Made by a program: the position numbers and the translations under genes. Shown here piece after piece: positions 15,588 to 15,873 of a stretch of DNA of 15,873 bases; position 1 is the first letter of the stretch; every line of letters starts with the position of its first letter. The notes below the pieces were generated by a model that had not been told where the DNA came from, ran no database searches, and saw only the letters and a list, made by a program, of their open reading frames with translations. The stretch is from an uncultured bacterium (GTDB lineage: Bacteria; T1Sed10-126), in the NCBI GenBank assembly GCA_964566495.1, contig CAZMIT010000035.1, forward strand, positions 1-15,873, in the 5' to 3' direction.

Positions 15588-15873
15588 ATGGGCACAATAC
15601 TGAACCGCATTGTTGAACAAAAAGAAGATGAAGTGGAAAATAAACGGCGGGCTGAACCTCTCAAAACTCTGCGCTCCAAAGCCGAGGGGAGGACAAGGAA
15701 AAATCTGTTTCAAAAAGCAATTGGGGACGATAAGATAGATTTAATTGCTGAAATAAAACCCTGCTCGCCGTCAGCGGGACGTATAACCGCTCTGGCCCCG
15801 GAGGAGATTGCAGCCGTTTATTCCCGTTCGCTGCCGGCGGCTCTCTCAATCTTGACCGACGAACAATTTTTCG
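15588..15873 (+). CDS. trpC: Indole-3-glycerol phosphate synthase, 5' part (runs off the window)
   Basis: Not in the ORF track. Manual translation MGTILNRIVEQKEDEV...LIAEIKPCSPSAGRI...AALSILTDEQFF matches TrpC motifs IL..I...K, IAE.K..SPS.G and S.LTD..FF. AGGAG RBS at 15576-15580. Confidence 0.92.
   Translation, partial: MGTILNRIVEQKEDEVENKRRAEPLKTLRSKAEGRTRKNLFQKAIGDDKIDLIAEIKPCSPSAGRITALAPEEIAAVYSRSLPAALSILTDEQFF

Noticed and set aside
173..15849. Numerous short alternate-frame or antisense ORFs (e.g. 3408-3782, 7562-8056, 11588-12088, 13343-13711, 15661-15849)
   Set aside because: They overlap well-supported genes and show no recognisable motifs; treated as shadow ORFs.

Overview
Bacterial chromosomal window, probably from a diderm lineage (inferred from an AsmA-like protein and a TPR-SpoIID/LytB protein). 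It is dominated by + strand genes: fxsA, an AsmA-like protein, three tandem and mutually divergent EutN/CcmL (BMC-P) microcompartment vertex genes, a divergent folC, TPR-SpoIID/LytB, der, plsY, dinB, trpS, glutamine-dependent nadE and rnz. A convergent C-terminally anchored hypothetical protein and the 5' part of trpC follow. Three things stand out. (1) The BMC-P triplet has no hexamer/trimer shell or BMC enzyme genes in the window, has a plausible promoter of its own and is tightly coupled to folC. (2) That FolC lacks the conserved EKAG lysine. (3) Dense intergenic mosaics of CGTC-type REP/REPIN palindromes and 7-mer tandem repeats include a 134-bp direct repeat and a 27-bp inverted repeat that both bracket rnz plus the hypothetical gene, and a 69-bp insertion flanked by TTGACGT. 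I saw no rRNA, tRNA, CRISPR array or transposase. All family assignments are from motif recognition by eye, not database searches.
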